64,000 nt of DNA, from NCBI GenBank assembly GCA_963847305.1, contig CAWJZI010000022.1, positions 20,385-84,384 of the forward strand. The letters run 5' to 3'. Shown here in pieces: positions 1-10,200 of the stretch. The position numbers were made by a program, and so were the translations under genes. The stretch's first letter is position 1. Each line of letters begins with the position of its first letter. This DNA comes from an uncultured Actinomycetes bacterium (GTDB lineage Bacteria > Actinomycetota > Thermoleophilia > Gaiellales > Gaiellaceae). The notes under the pieces are model-generated. The model was not told the DNA's origin and did not search any database. It was given only the letters and a program-made list of their open reading frames with translations.

Positions 1-218
1 CCGAGCCGTCCTCACGGAGCCCGACGACCACGCGTTCCGTGTTTCCGATCCGTCCCGGGAACCGAAGCTCGTTCTCATTCTCGATCGGCGCTACCGCGCC
101 CGGCGCGAGCGGAGGAGGAGGCTGAACGAGAGCGATCGGCGAAGGGAGGACGATCGGCGCGGCCGCGACCGCGCCGCCTGCCAGGCACGCCGCGGCCAGC
201 ACGAGCAGACCAGCTCAC
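1..218 (-). CDS. partial CDS, putative lipoprotein/secreted protein N-terminus (continues past window start)
   Basis: The minus-strand frame reads GLLVLAAACLAGGAVAAAPIVLPSPIALVQPPPP..., a hydrophobic h-region followed by a lipobox-like LAAAC. A TGA at 215-217 sits just upstream in that frame, so the start codon is unresolved (possible frame break). Confidence 0.25.
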
Positions 219-233
219 CGCCGCGCCGCGGAT

Positions 234-1472
234 CTAGCCCTCCTGCGGAATCGTCGGCAGGGTCGCCGATAGCGCGTCGTCCTTGACGGGCGCGTAGGTC
301 ATGTCCGCGAAACGCGCGAAGTAGACGTCGTCGTCGACGACGCCCTCGTGGTTCTTCTCGTTGAAGCCGCGGTGGTCGCCGTTGGCGCCTTCGATCGAGA
401 CCTGGTCGAGAGCGGACGTGACGGCATCCGGGTCCGACGACCGCGCCGCCCTGAGTGCAGTCGCGACGAGCCGGACGAAGTCGAAGGGGTACATCGCATA
501 GTCGGGCGGCTGCGTGACCGGACGGCCCTCCGAGGTCTTGACCCCGACCTGCTGGGCGCCGAACTGCTGCGTGAGCGCGGCCTGGAAGGAGAGGAAGGGC
601 CCGGGCCCCTTCTCGGCGGTCATCCGGCCCGATGCAAAGGTCAGGCCGTCGACCCACGAGGGATGACCGGCCAGCTCCTGGCGGACGAGCGGGTCCTCGC
701 CGGCCGGGGGCGTGTAGACCGGAACCTTCCAGCCGGCGCTCCGAGCCGCGATCAGCGCCTCGGCGATCGCCGTGGGCTGCCCCCAGACGATCAGCCCGGT
801 CGCATGCGCGCGGCGCGCCTGGAGGATCTGCGGAGCGAGGTCGGTCGCGGTCGAGGGGATCTGGATCCGGGTGACCACCGACTCCGGGTTCTCCGAGAAC
901 GCATGGTCGAGATCCTTCCGGCCCGCACGACCGTAGCCCGTATCGTCCGTGAGCAGCGCGAGCTTCAGGCCCTTCGGTACCAGGTACTCGGCGAGCCGGA
1001 ACGCCAGGCCGTGGTTCGTCGGCGCGATCCGGAACACGTTTGGCCGTTTCTCCGGGTCGACCAGCCCGGTTGCGCCGTCGTAGACGATCCCGATCGGGAT
1101 CCCCGCGTCCTTCGCGAGCTTCCACGACGCGTCCACGCCCGTGCCGTCGGTGACGATCGCGAGCACGTGATCGGCAATCGCGCGGCGGGTCGCGGCGACG
1201 GCCCTGCTCGCCGATGCGGCGTTGTCGTAGCGCTTGACCTTGAAGCCGTAGTAGTCCCGCCCGACCGGAACCATCAGCCGCCGCACCCCGAGCTCGGTGC
1301 CGTTCGCGATCGTCGTCCCGAGATACGACTCGCGGCTGAACGGGGCGATCACGGCGATCGTCGCCGTCTTCGACTTCGGGGTCTGGCCCGCCGGCTGCCC
1401 CTTGCCGCCGCCGCAACCGGCCAGCGCCGCCACGAGAGCCGCAAGGAGAGTCGCTCGGCGCACGGTCTCCAC
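234..1472 (-). CDS. ABC transporter substrate-binding lipoprotein, branched-chain amino acid (LivJ/LivK-like) family
   Basis: 412-aa ORF with signal peptide and lipobox (LVAALAGCGG). The body looks like a type I periplasmic-binding fold. It is the last gene of the permease-permease-ATPase-SBP operon. Confidence 0.85.
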   Translation of the reverse strand: METVRRATLLAALVAALAGCGGGKGQPAGQTPKSKTATIAVIAPFSRESYLGTTIANGTELGVRRLMVPVGRDYYGFKVKRYDNAASASRAVAATRRAIADHVLAIVTDGTGVDASWKLAKDAGIPIGIVYDGATGLVDPEKRPNVFRIAPTNHGLAFRLAEYLVPKGLKLALLTDDTGYGRAGRKDLDHAFSENPESVVTRIQIPSTATDLAPQILQARRAHATGLIVWGQPTAIAEALIAARSAGWKVPVYTPPAGEDPLVRQELAGHPSWVDGLTFASGRMTAEKGPGPFLSFQAALTQQFGAQQVGVKTSEGRPVTQPPDYAMYPFDFVRLVATALRAARSSDPDAVTSALDQVSIEGANGDHRGFNEKNHEGVVDDDVYFARFADMTYAPVKDDALSATLPTIPQEG

Positions 1473-1473
1473 T

Positions 1474-2175
1474 CTATGTAGCCGCTTTCCCGTCGGCCAT
1501 CACGACAACGCGGTCGGCAACTGCGCGGACGAGCGGAAGGTTGTGCTCGACGACGAGGAGCGAGATCCCCTGGGCGTGGAGCTCACGGAGGATCTCCACG
1601 AGCCCCGCGCGTTCCGGGGCGCCCGCCCCGGCAGACGGCTCGTCGAGCAACAGCACGCGCGGCCGCGTCGCAAGCGCGGCTGCAAGCATCAGCAGCCGCT
1701 GCTGGAAGCCGTCCAGCAGCGCGGCGGGCCGCCAGGCATGCTCCGCGAGCCCGACGAAGCTCAGCGCCTCGAGCGCGGCTGCGCGTAGGGCCCTGGACTC
1801 GGCACGAGCCTTGGGGGTCGAGGCGATCGTGCGCAGCGCGCCGCTCGACCGGGAGTGCAGCCCGGCGCCGACGAGCGCGCTCTCGAGCGCAGTCAGCGTC
1901 GAGAACGTGGACGTCTGCTGGAGCGTACGGACGACGCCGGCCTCGGCGAGCACCGCCGGCTCCAGTCCCGCGAGCGGCCTCCCGTCGAGCGTGATCTCGC
2001 CCCTGTCGACCGGTAGCGCACCGGCAAGCGCCCGGAGCGCCGTGGTCTTCCCGGAGCCGTTCGCACCGACGAGCGCAACCGTCTCGCCCCGTGCGACGTC
2101 GAGGTCGAAACCGGCCAACGCGTGCACGCCGCCGTACGACTTCCAGAGCCCGCGGGCGGTGAGGACGGCGGCAGC
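1474..2175 (-). CDS. ABC transporter ATP-binding protein (LivG/LivF-like); 5' end lacks a start codon as sequenced
   Basis: Walker A GANGSGKT, Walker B LLLDEPSAG and H-loop VVEHN are present. The ORF track starts at GTG 2127, but the conserved N-terminus AVLTARGLWKSYGG continues in frame to about 2175. No ATG/GTG/TTG occurs before the in-frame TGA at 2257-2259. Confidence 0.8.
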   Translation of the reverse strand, partial: AAAVLTARGLWKSYGGVHALAGFDLDVARGETVALVGANGSGKTTALRALAGALPVDRGEITLDGRPLAGLEPAVLAEAGVVRTLQQTSTFSTLTALESALVGAGLHSRSSGALRTIASTPKARAESRALRAAALEALSFVGLAEHAWRPAALLDGFQQRLLMLAAALATRPRVLLLDEPSAGAGAPERAGLVEILRELHAQGISLLVVEHNLPLVRAVADRVVVMADGKAAT

Positions 2176-3205
2176 CGGCCGGCGACACGGCCACGGCCGG
2201 GGCGGGGGAGGGGAGGGCGCGGTCCCTGGCCGGGCGGTAGCGGAGGACGAACGGGATCACCCCGTCGCCGCCGAGCGCGAGAATCGCGAGCAGGATCGTG
2301 CTCGCCAGCATCGGCTGAAGCTGCGCCGGCGCGCCGTTCTGGAGCCCGGCCCACGCGTGGCCGAGGAGCGCGATCGCGCCGAGAGCGCCGACGCCGACCA
2401 CTCCCGCGCTCGCGTAGGACGCGCCGCCGAGCAGGATCGCGACCAGGAGCTTGAAGGACGTGAACGGGCCGAATGCATTCGGGTCCGAGACGCCGGCCAG
2501 CTGCACGGCGAGCGACCCGGCAAGCCCGCCGACGGCCGCCGAGGCGACGAACGCCCCGAGCAGCAGCCGGCCGCTGCGGACACCGAGCGCGCGCGCCGCG
2601 GCCGGACGGTCGCGGATCGCGCGCAGGCTGACGCCGATCCTCGTCCGCCTCAGCACCGAGAGGCCCGCGACGGCCAGGACGGTCAGCGCGAGCGCCAGCT
2701 CGTAGTGGCCGGTTGCGCTCAGATCTGAGGGCACGGTGTAGCCCTGCGAGCCGCCGGCCACGCCCGGGAACTCGGTCGCGACGAGCAGGACGAGCCACGC
2801 GACGAGCCAGGTGCTGACCGCGAGGTAGAGAGGTGGCAGGCGGACGAGCACGACGCCGCAGGCGAGCGCGAGCAGGAGCGCCACGGCGACGGCGACCGGG
2901 ATCGTCGCCGAGGCCGACCAGCCCGCCCGGGCCACCAGGAGCGCGGTCGCGAACGAGCCGACGCTCATGAACGCGCCCTGGGCAAGCGACGGCAGACCCG
3001 CCAGCCCCGCGGTGAGGGCGAGCCCGGTCGCGGAGAGCGCGAGGTAGAGCCACGCCGCGAGCACGTCGGTGTGGACCCAGTCCGGCCCGAACCAGGGCAG
3101 CGCGGCAGCCAGCGCCAACAGGACGGCGAGCACGGTCTGCTCGCCGTGCCAGGCGGCGCGCGCATCGCGCGCCGCGCCGCCGAATGCGTCCGCGACGGTG
3201 CTCAA
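2176..3205 (-). CDS. livM: branched-chain amino acid ABC permease (LivM-like); no stop codon in frame, runs out of frame into the ATPase gene
   Basis: TTG start at 3205 overlaps the livH stop (ATTGA). Multi-TM LivM-type sequence (GLPSLAQGAFMSVGSF..., RIGVSLRAIRDRPAAARALGV...). The frame stays open to 1583, giving the artefactual 1033-aa ORF 1583..4684. Confidence 0.8.
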
Positions 3206-4131
3206 TCGGCCTCCACCGGCCTGGCCCGGGCCCTGAAGGCGAGCACCACCAGCGCGATCGCGATCGGCAGCACCTCGCGGTAGGACGGCCCGAAGCCGTG
3301 ACCGAACAGCTCGCCGCTCGCGATTCCCGACTCGAGGACGCCGAGTGCGAGGCCGGCGGCGAACGCGCGCAGCGGCGAGCCGAAGCCGACGACGACGGCG
3401 GCGACGAGGCCCTTCACGCCGAGCAGCGCCCCGGTCGTGACGGAGAACGGCCCGCTGGGCGCCGCGGCGACCGCGATCACCACGGCGAGCGCGCCGACCA
3501 GGCCGAACGCGAGCCCCACGTACCGGTCGTGCGGGACGCCGATGATGCGGGCGCCCTCGGGGTCCTCGGCGATCGCCTGGAGCCCTCGGCCGAACTGCGT
3601 GCGCTGGATCACGTAGGTGAGGGCCGCGACGAGGGCAAGGCCGAGCGCGATCACGAAGAGGGAGCGCAGCTGGAAGGTCGCCCCCGCAACCGAGACGATC
3701 CCCTCGTTGCCGGCGCGGTCGAACGGGATCGGGTCCGGGAACACGTACGCCGAGCGCGGGAAGGCGACCGCGAGGATGTTCTCGATCGCGAACGCGATCG
3801 CCACCGTCGCCGCCACCCAGCCGAGCGTGGACCCGCGCACGAGGTACTGGTGGATGACGGCGAAATAGCTGCCCGACCCGACCGCCGCCACCGCAACCAG
3901 CGCGACTGCGAGCCCCGCCAGGAAGCGCCAGCTCGAGGCAGAGGACGCCGTCACCGGCCCGCGGCCGGCGGTCACGAAGAGCGCGATGAACACGCCGAGG
4001 CCGACGAGGTCGCCGAGCGCGAAGTAGACGATCCCGGTCAGCCGGTAGACGAGCGTATGCCCGACCGCGAGCAACCCGTAGACGCTGCCGGCCGCGAGAC
4101 CCGTCAGGATCACCTGCAGGGTCAGATTCAC
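3202..4131 (-). CDS. livH: branched-chain amino acid ABC permease (LivH-like)
   Basis: 309-aa polytopic ORF (MNLTLQVILTGLAAGSVYGLLAVGHTLVYRLTGIVYFALGD...), typical of the LivH family. First gene of the operon. Confidence 0.9.
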   Translation of the reverse strand: MNLTLQVILTGLAAGSVYGLLAVGHTLVYRLTGIVYFALGDLVGLGVFIALFVTAGRGPVTASSASSWRFLAGLAVALVAVAAVGSGSYFAVIHQYLVRGSTLGWVAATVAIAFAIENILAVAFPRSAYVFPDPIPFDRAGNEGIVSVAGATFQLRSLFVIALGLALVAALTYVIQRTQFGRGLQAIAEDPEGARIIGVPHDRYVGLAFGLVGALAVVIAVAAAPSGPFSVTTGALLGVKGLVAAVVVGFGSPLRAFAAGLALGVLESGIASGELFGHGFGPSYREVLPIAIALVVLAFRARARPVEAD

Positions 4132-4133
4132 TG

Positions 4134-4163
4134 CAGGAGCGTATGACGTCGCTTATGCTCCTG
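4134..4163. promoter_or_regulatory. imperfect 30-bp palindrome in the divergent livH / DUF1326 intergenic region (candidate operator)
   Basis: CAGGAGCGTAtgacgtcgctTATGCTCCTG. The 10-nt arms match 9/10. It lies between the livH start (4131) and the DUF1326 start (4196). Confidence 0.25.
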
Positions 4164-4195
4164 ACGCAGGCAGCCAGCGCTGTGGAAAGGAGCCG

Positions 4196-4801
4196 ATGAT
4201 GGCCTGGAGCGTGGAGGGAACCTATTTCGAGACCTGTTCCTGCGACCTGATGTGCCCGTGCAACCTGTCCTTCGACCACGGCGCGACGTACGACTACTGC
4301 CGCGCGACGCTCGTCTTCAACATCAAGAAGGGCGAGATCGATGGCACGGACGTCGGCGGGCTCAGCATGTGCGCGATCATCGACACCCCGAAGGTGATGA
4401 CCGAGGGCAACTGGCGGCTCGGGGTGTTCGTGGACGACAGGGCGAGCGACGAGCAGATGGAGAAGCTGGTCGCCGTCTTCACGGGGCAGAAGGGCGGGCC
4501 GATGGAAGCGCTCGGGCCGCTGGTCGGCGAAGTGCTCGGCGTGGAGCGTGCGTCGTTCGACGTCGTCGAGGACGGGCTCGTGCACAGCGTCAAGATCGGC
4601 GACGCGATCGACTTCGAGGTCAAGGACATCGTCCCGTTCGGCGTCGAGAACGGCCAGCCCGCGCGGCTCGTCGGACTCTTCCATCCGGCCGGGTCGGAGC
4701 TCACCGCAGCGGAGGCGACCCGCTCGAAGATCAACGCCTTCGGCATCGAATACGAGGGAAAGACGGGGCTCTCGAACTCCAGCTTCGCCTGGGCTGCCTG
4801 A
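4196..4801 (+). CDS. DUF1326 family protein
   Basis: 201 aa. N-terminal EGTYFETCSCDLMCPCN Cys motif and ...FTGQKGGPMEALGPLVGEVLGV... match my recollection of DUF1326. A GGAAAGGAG Shine-Dalgarno sequence lies upstream. Confidence 0.85.
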   Translation: MMAWSVEGTYFETCSCDLMCPCNLSFDHGATYDYCRATLVFNIKKGEIDGTDVGGLSMCAIIDTPKVMTEGNWRLGVFVDDRASDEQMEKLVAVFTGQKGGPMEALGPLVGEVLGVERASFDVVEDGLVHSVKIGDAIDFEVKDIVPFGVENGQPARLVGLFHPAGSELTAAEATRSKINAFGIEYEGKTGLSNSSFAWAA

Positions 4802-4889
4802 AAACGAAAGCTGCCAAATCCCTCGAACGAGGGCTCTTCACCAGACGTTCGGTTCGTACGCTGTGAGAGGGGTACCTGAGGGGGAAACC

Positions 4890-5105
4890 GTGCTGTGGGC
4901 ACTGGCAGACCGTTTCGTCGGTGAGGTGATCGAGCTCTACCGCTCGCGCGAGCAGGCTGAACGAGCTCTGCGCGCGGTGCTCGTGGACGAGCCGGACTGG
5001 ACGGGGATGATGGAGGTCGTACCCGTCCCGCTCTCCGATCCGCACTGGCAGCCGAAGGGCAAGCCCGTCCGCCGGCCGCGCTGCCAGGACCCCTTTCTCG
5101 TTTAA
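4890..5105 (+). CDS. small hypothetical protein (71 aa)
   Basis: GTG at 4890 is preceded by GAGGGGG. Reads VLWALADRFVGEVIELYRSREQAERALRAVLVDEPDWTGMMEVVPV... I recognise no family. Confidence 0.35.
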   Translation: MLWALADRFVGEVIELYRSREQAERALRAVLVDEPDWTGMMEVVPVPLSDPHWQPKGKPVRRPRCQDPFLV

Positions 5106-5183
5106 CCGCCGACGGTGTGGGGCGGGGCGGGACTCCCCGAGCTACTCCGTCGGCGGAAATCGGTGCGACAATTCGTTGCCCCG

Positions 5184-6197
5184 GTGAGAGTTGTGCGTGC
5201 TTTTCCCCTGCTATTGGCGCTATGTGCCGTTTTCGCGTCCGCACAGGCGTCGTCCGGCGCTGCGCCGGTCGCGGTCCCGGACGTCTCGGTCTTCTACTAC
5301 CCCTGGTACGGGACGCCGCCCCGAGACGGGGGCTGGGTGCACTGGACGCGTCCGGATACGACCTCGTACGCCTCCAACTACTACCCCGCCCGAGGGCTCT
5401 ACTCGAGCTCGGACGCGCGCGTCGTTCTGGCCCAGATGCAGGAGATCGCGGGCGCCGGGATCCAGGAGGTCGTCTCCTCGTGGTGGGGCTGGGGCTCCCC
5501 GGAGGACAGGCGGCTCCCGCTCGTGATCTCGGCGGCCCGGCTGGCGCACGTCAGCGTTGCCGCCCATCTCGAGCCGTACCCCGGCCGCAACGTCCTCACG
5601 GTGCGGTCGGACCTCGAGCACCTGGAGCAGCTCGGGATCAGGCGGTTCTTCGTCTACCACCCGTTCGACATCTCCGACGCCGACTGGGCGGCGCTCCGCG
5701 ACAGCCTCCACGGTGTCCAGCTCTTCGCCGAGACGACCCTGATCGGACACGCAGCCGCGGCCCATTTCGACGGCGTCTACACGTACGACATCGTCAACCG
5801 CGGCGCGGGCACCTTCGACCGGTTCTGCAAGGCGGCGCACAAGCTCGAGCTGCTCTGCCTGCCGTCGGTCGGCCCGGGCTACGACGCGATGCGCGCGACC
5901 GGCGACAAGCGAATCAAGCCTCGCCGCGGCGGCAAGACCTACGACTCGATGTGGAGGGCGGCGATCCACTCGAAGCCGGACGGCGTGACGATCACGAGCT
6001 ACAACGAGTGGCACGAGGGGACGCAGATCGAGCCGGCCCGCGCCACGCCGCCCGGGAACGCGGCCAAGCTCTCGTACGAGAGCTACGAAGGCGCCTACGG
6101 GCTGCACGGCAAGGCCGCGGAGCGCGCGTACCTCGACCGGACGCGCTTCTGGGTGCGTGCGTTCGGGCGGTCCGAGCGCCCCGAAGTGCCTGGCTAG
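5184..6197 (+). CDS. secreted glycoside hydrolase family 99-like protein
   Basis: Signal peptide VRVVRAFPLLLALCAVFASAQA. Motifs YYPWYG...W and ITSYNEWHEGTQIEPA are typical of GH99 endo-alpha-mannosidase-like proteins. The ORF is open from 5115, so the start is uncertain. Confidence 0.75.
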   Translation: MRVVRAFPLLLALCAVFASAQASSGAAPVAVPDVSVFYYPWYGTPPRDGGWVHWTRPDTTSYASNYYPARGLYSSSDARVVLAQMQEIAGAGIQEVVSSWWGWGSPEDRRLPLVISAARLAHVSVAAHLEPYPGRNVLTVRSDLEHLEQLGIRRFFVYHPFDISDADWAALRDSLHGVQLFAETTLIGHAAAAHFDGVYTYDIVNRGAGTFDRFCKAAHKLELLCLPSVGPGYDAMRATGDKRIKPRRGGKTYDSMWRAAIHSKPDGVTITSYNEWHEGTQIEPARATPPGNAAKLSYESYEGAYGLHGKAAERAYLDRTRFWVRAFGRSERPEVPG

Positions 6198-6200
6198 GAC

Positions 6201-7226
6201 CTAGCTCTCGACGAAGACGTCGGCGCCGCAGCCGAAGACGAGCGCGTTCAGCACGTCGCCCTCGACGACGCCGCGGAGCGAACGGTGGCCGAGATCGACG
6301 GTCGCTTCCGGCCACTCCTCGAGGCCGAGCGCGGCCGCCCCCTCGTCGGAGCCGAAACACAGCAGCGAGCCGACGGAGATCACGTTCCGCTTCCCGGCGG
6401 CACGACGGGCGGTACCTTCCAGCTCCCGAAGCTCCTCGAGCGGGTCGATGCGGACGTTCGAGTCGGAACCGATGCACATCCCGATCCCGCGGTCGCGGAG
6501 GGCGGCGACGGGGACGAATCCGTCCCCGAGGTTCTCCTCGGTCGTCGGGCACACGCAGACCCGCGCACCGGCCTCCGCGAGCAGGTCGAGCTCGGCATCG
6601 CTCGCGTGCGTCGCGTGGACGACCGTCGTGTGCGGGCCGAGGCAGCCGGAGCGATCGAGCAGCTCGATGGGGCGGACCCCGTGCTCGGCGACGCACTCCT
6701 CGATCTCGCGGGGCTGCTCGTCGGCGTGGACGTGGAGCGGCAGCCCCTCGGCACTCGCGTAGCGCCCGATCTCCTCCAACCACTCGGACGGGCACGCCCG
6801 CACGGAGTGGGGGGCGACGCCGACCCGGATCCCGCGCCCGCGGAGCTCCTCGACCTGCTCGAGGTACGCGGCCGGGGATTCCTGGCGGAAGCGGGGGAGA
6901 CCTCCGCGCGCGTAGGCGGAGAGGAGCAGGGTCAGCGCGACGCCGGCCTCGTCCGCGGCCTCCGCGGCGGCGAATGCCTCGGCGAGCCCGAGGTAGTGGA
7001 ACTCCCCGACCGCCGTGTAGCCGGCGGCGTGCATCTCGGCATAGGTCTCGACGTACTCGGCGCGCACGGTCTCCGGCGTCTGGCGTTCCGCCTCGGCGAG
7101 CATCACTTCGCGCCAGGCCCAGAAATCGCCGCCCTCGGCGCGCCCGCGCAAACGGCGCTGGAACCCGTGCGAGTGGGCGTTGACGAACCCCGGCAGCGCC
7201 AGGCGGCGTGTCTCGGCAGCCCTCAC
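6201..7226 (-). CDS. amidohydrolase, formimidoylglutamate deiminase (HutF)-like, N-terminally short
   Basis: [16 protein letters not shown] (HxH metal motif already at residue ~18), [49 protein letters not shown] and GSDSN are HutF-like. No other hut genes are nearby. Confidence 0.75.
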   Translation of the reverse strand: MRAAETRRLALPGFVNAHSHGFQRRLRGRAEGGDFWAWREVMLAEAERQTPETVRAEYVETYAEMHAAGYTAVGEFHYLGLAEAFAAAEAADEAGVALTLLLSAYARGGLPRFRQESPAAYLEQVEELRGRGIRVGVAPHSVRACPSEWLEEIGRYASAEGLPLHVHADEQPREIEECVAEHGVRPIELLDRSGCLGPHTTVVHATHASDAELDLLAEAGARVCVCPTTEENLGDGFVPVAALRDRGIGMCIGSDSNVRIDPLEELRELEGTARRAAGKRNVISVGSLLCFGSDEGAAALGLEEWPEATVDLGHRSLRGVVEGDVLNALVFGCGADVFVES

Positions 7227-7249
7227 CAGGGGACTATCCTAGGGTGACC

Positions 7250-10200
7250 ATGGCGGCCGACACGGCACCGTTGCCGATTCTCGCGAAGCTGCCGAATGCG
7301 CTGACGATCGCGCGGTTCGCGCTGATTCCGGTCTTCATCGTCCTGCTCGCGCAGGCCGAAGGAGGGCACAGCTGGGCGGCGGGGATCATCTTCGGCGTCG
7401 CCGCGATCACCGACCAGGTCGACGGCTGGCTCGCGCGCCGCTGGCACGTCGAGTCGGAGTTCGGGAAGTACGCCGACCCGCTCGCCGACCGGCTGATGAT
7501 CGACACGGCGGTGATCATGCTCTTCATCGCCGACCGCCTGCCCTGGGCCGCGCTCGTGGTGATCATCGCGCGCGACGTCCTCCTCGTCGTCGGAACGAAG
7601 TTCGTGCTGGGCCAGTCCAGCTACGAGTTCTCGGTCAGCTTCCTCGGCAAGGCCGCCACCTGGGTGCTCTACGCGGGGATCGCCTTCGTGCTCGTCACCC
7701 CGGAGGGCACGTCCTGGCCGCTCTGGATCTTCTGGATCGGCCTGGGGATGGCCGTCGGCGCCGGCGCGCTCTATGCCGCCTCGGCCTGGCGGACGATTCG
7801 CGGCGGCCGCAGGGTGGAAGTGACCGAGGACGTGAGAGCCGTCGTCATGGCGGGGGGCGAGGGCACGCGCCTTCGCCCGCTGACCTCGAACCAGCCGAAG
7901 CCGATGGTGCCGGTCGTCGGCAAGCCGTGCATGGAGCACATCCTCGAGCTGCTCAAGCGCCACGGCTTCGAGGACGTGATCGTGACGCTCGCGTTCCTGC
8001 CGCAGCAGATCCGCAGCTACTTCGGCGACGGCGAGTCGCTCGGGCTGAACATCGAGTACTCGGTCGAGGAGTCGCCGCTGGGGACAGCCGGCTCGGTTCG
8101 GCTCGCGTCGCGCAAGCTCGACGACACGGTGCTGGTCATCTCCGGCGACGCGCTCTGCGACATCGACCTCGGCGCGCTGCTCCAGTTCCATCGCGACCGC
8201 AAAGCCGCCGTGACGATCGGGCTGAAGGCGGTCGAGAACCCGCTCGAGTTCGGGATCGTCGTCACCGACGAGGACGGCAAGGTCGAGCGCTTCCTGGAGA
8301 AGCCTTCGTGGGGGCAGGTCTTCTCGGACACGATCAACACCGGCATCTACGTGCTCGAGCCGGAGGTGCTGGAGCACGTGCCGACCGACCGGCCGTACGA
8401 CTTCTCCAAGGAGCTCTTCCCGCTCCTGCTCGAGATGGGCCGACCCCTGTACGGGATGGTCTGCGAGGGCTACTGGCAGGACATCGGCAACCTCGACCAG
8501 TTCAAGCAGGCGAACTTCGACGCGCTCGACGGCGCGGTCGAGCTCGAGATCCCCGGGATCCGGCTGCGCGGGAACATCTGGATCGGCGAGGGCGTCGAGA
8601 TCGACGATCTCGAGGACGTCGAGGGGCCGGCGTTCATCGGCAACTACTGCCGCATCTCGCCGCAGGCGTCCATCGGCCCGTACTCGGTGCTGGGCGCGAG
8701 CGTGACGCTGCGCGAGCGTGCCCGCACCGTGCGCTCCGTGATCGATGCCAACACTCACATCGGCCGCAGCGCCCTCGTCGAGGGCGCGATCCTCGGCAGC
8801 GGCTGCGACGTGCGCTCGCACGTGCGCATCCAGGAGGGCGCGGCGATCGGCGACGAGGTCGTCCTCGGCGCGCAGAGCATGGTGCTTCCCGGCGTGCGGA
8901 TCTACCCGTACAAGGAGGTGGAGTCCGGCGCGCATATCCACGAGAGCCTGATCTGGGAGTCCCGTGCGACCTCGGCGCTGTTCGGCAAGGACGGCGTCAC
9001 CGGCCTGATCAACGTCGACCTGACGCCGGAGACGGCCGTGCGTCTCGCCGCCGCGCTCGGCACGGCGCTGAAGCGCGGCGCGCGCGTGGTCGCGAGCCGC
9101 GAGTCCCCGCGTGCGTGCCGGACGATCAAGCGCGCGATGATCACCGGCCTCAACTCCGCCGGGGTGGACGTCGCCGACCTGCGGGTGCTGCCCGCGGCGG
9201 TCAGCCGGCACCTGATGAAGACGCACGGCTACGAGGCCGGGTACCACGTCGGCGTCAGCCAGAGCGACCCCGAGATGATCAAGATCCAGTTCTTCGAGCA
9301 GCCCGGGATCCAGATGACCTCCGCGCTGGAGAAGGAGGTCGAGAAGCACTTCAACCGCCGCGAGCTCAGGCGCGTGCCCTTCGGCGACATCGGCCAGGTG
9401 ACCTACCCGGCGCGCGTGCGCGAGAGCTACGCGCAGGATCTCCTCTCCGAGCTCGACGCCGACGCGATCCGCGCGCGCGGCTTCCGGCTCGTCGTCGACT
9501 ACGGCTACTCGGCGAGCTCCTTCGTCCTCCCGCTGCTGCTCGGGCCGCTCGAGATCGAAGCGGTGACCGCTCACGGGTTCACGACCGACCAGGCCGCCAC
9601 CGCGGCGTCGCTGCGCGGGTCGATCGGCCATACGAAGCGGCTCGTCTCGGCGATCGGGGCGGACCTCGGGGCGGTCTTCGACCGGGCGGGGGAGCGGCTG
9701 TTCCTCGTCGACGAACAGGGCCACGAGCTGCCGGTCGAGAAGACGCTGCTCCTGTTCCTGCGCCTGCTCGGTGCGGCGGGGAAGCGCGGCACCGTCGCCG
9801 TGCCGGTCACGGTCACGAGCCGCGTCGAGGAGCTCGCCGGCGAGGCGGGCCTCGAGGTTCTGCGGACGCCCGCGGCCCCGGCCGAGCTGACGCGCGCGGC
9901 CTCCGAGGACGGCGTCGTCTTCGCGGGCGCGATCGGGGGTTTCTACGTCTTCCCGGAGTTCCTGCCGGCCCACGACGCGGTCACGAGCCTCTGCAAGCTG
10001 CTGGAGCTGCTCGCGAGGGTCGACCGGCCGCTCTCGGAGCTCGCCGCCGATCTGCCGCGCTCCACCGTCGTGCACCGCCAGCTTGCCTGCCCGTGGGCGA
10101 TGAAGGGCCTCGTGATGCGCGTGCTGACCGAGCGGCTGAAAGGCAAGGAGCTCGACCTGACCGACGGGATCAAGGTGATCGACACGCGCGGCTGGGCGGA

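Noticed and set aside
1583-4684. 1033-aa ORF spanning the whole liv operon region
   Set aside because: It is a chimera. Only the central ~340 codons (LivM) look like protein. The 5' part is out of frame over livH and the intergenic region, and the 3' part is out of frame over the ATPase gene.
4820-4833. Terminator after the DUF1326 gene (CCCTCGAACGAGGG)
   Set aside because: The stem is only 5-6 bp with a 2-4 nt loop and no U-tract, which is too weak to call.
5117-7183. 688-aa Arg-rich plus-strand ORF
   Set aside because: It is out of frame over the GH99-like gene and antisense to the HutF-like gene, with extreme Arg/Pro/Ala composition and no domains.
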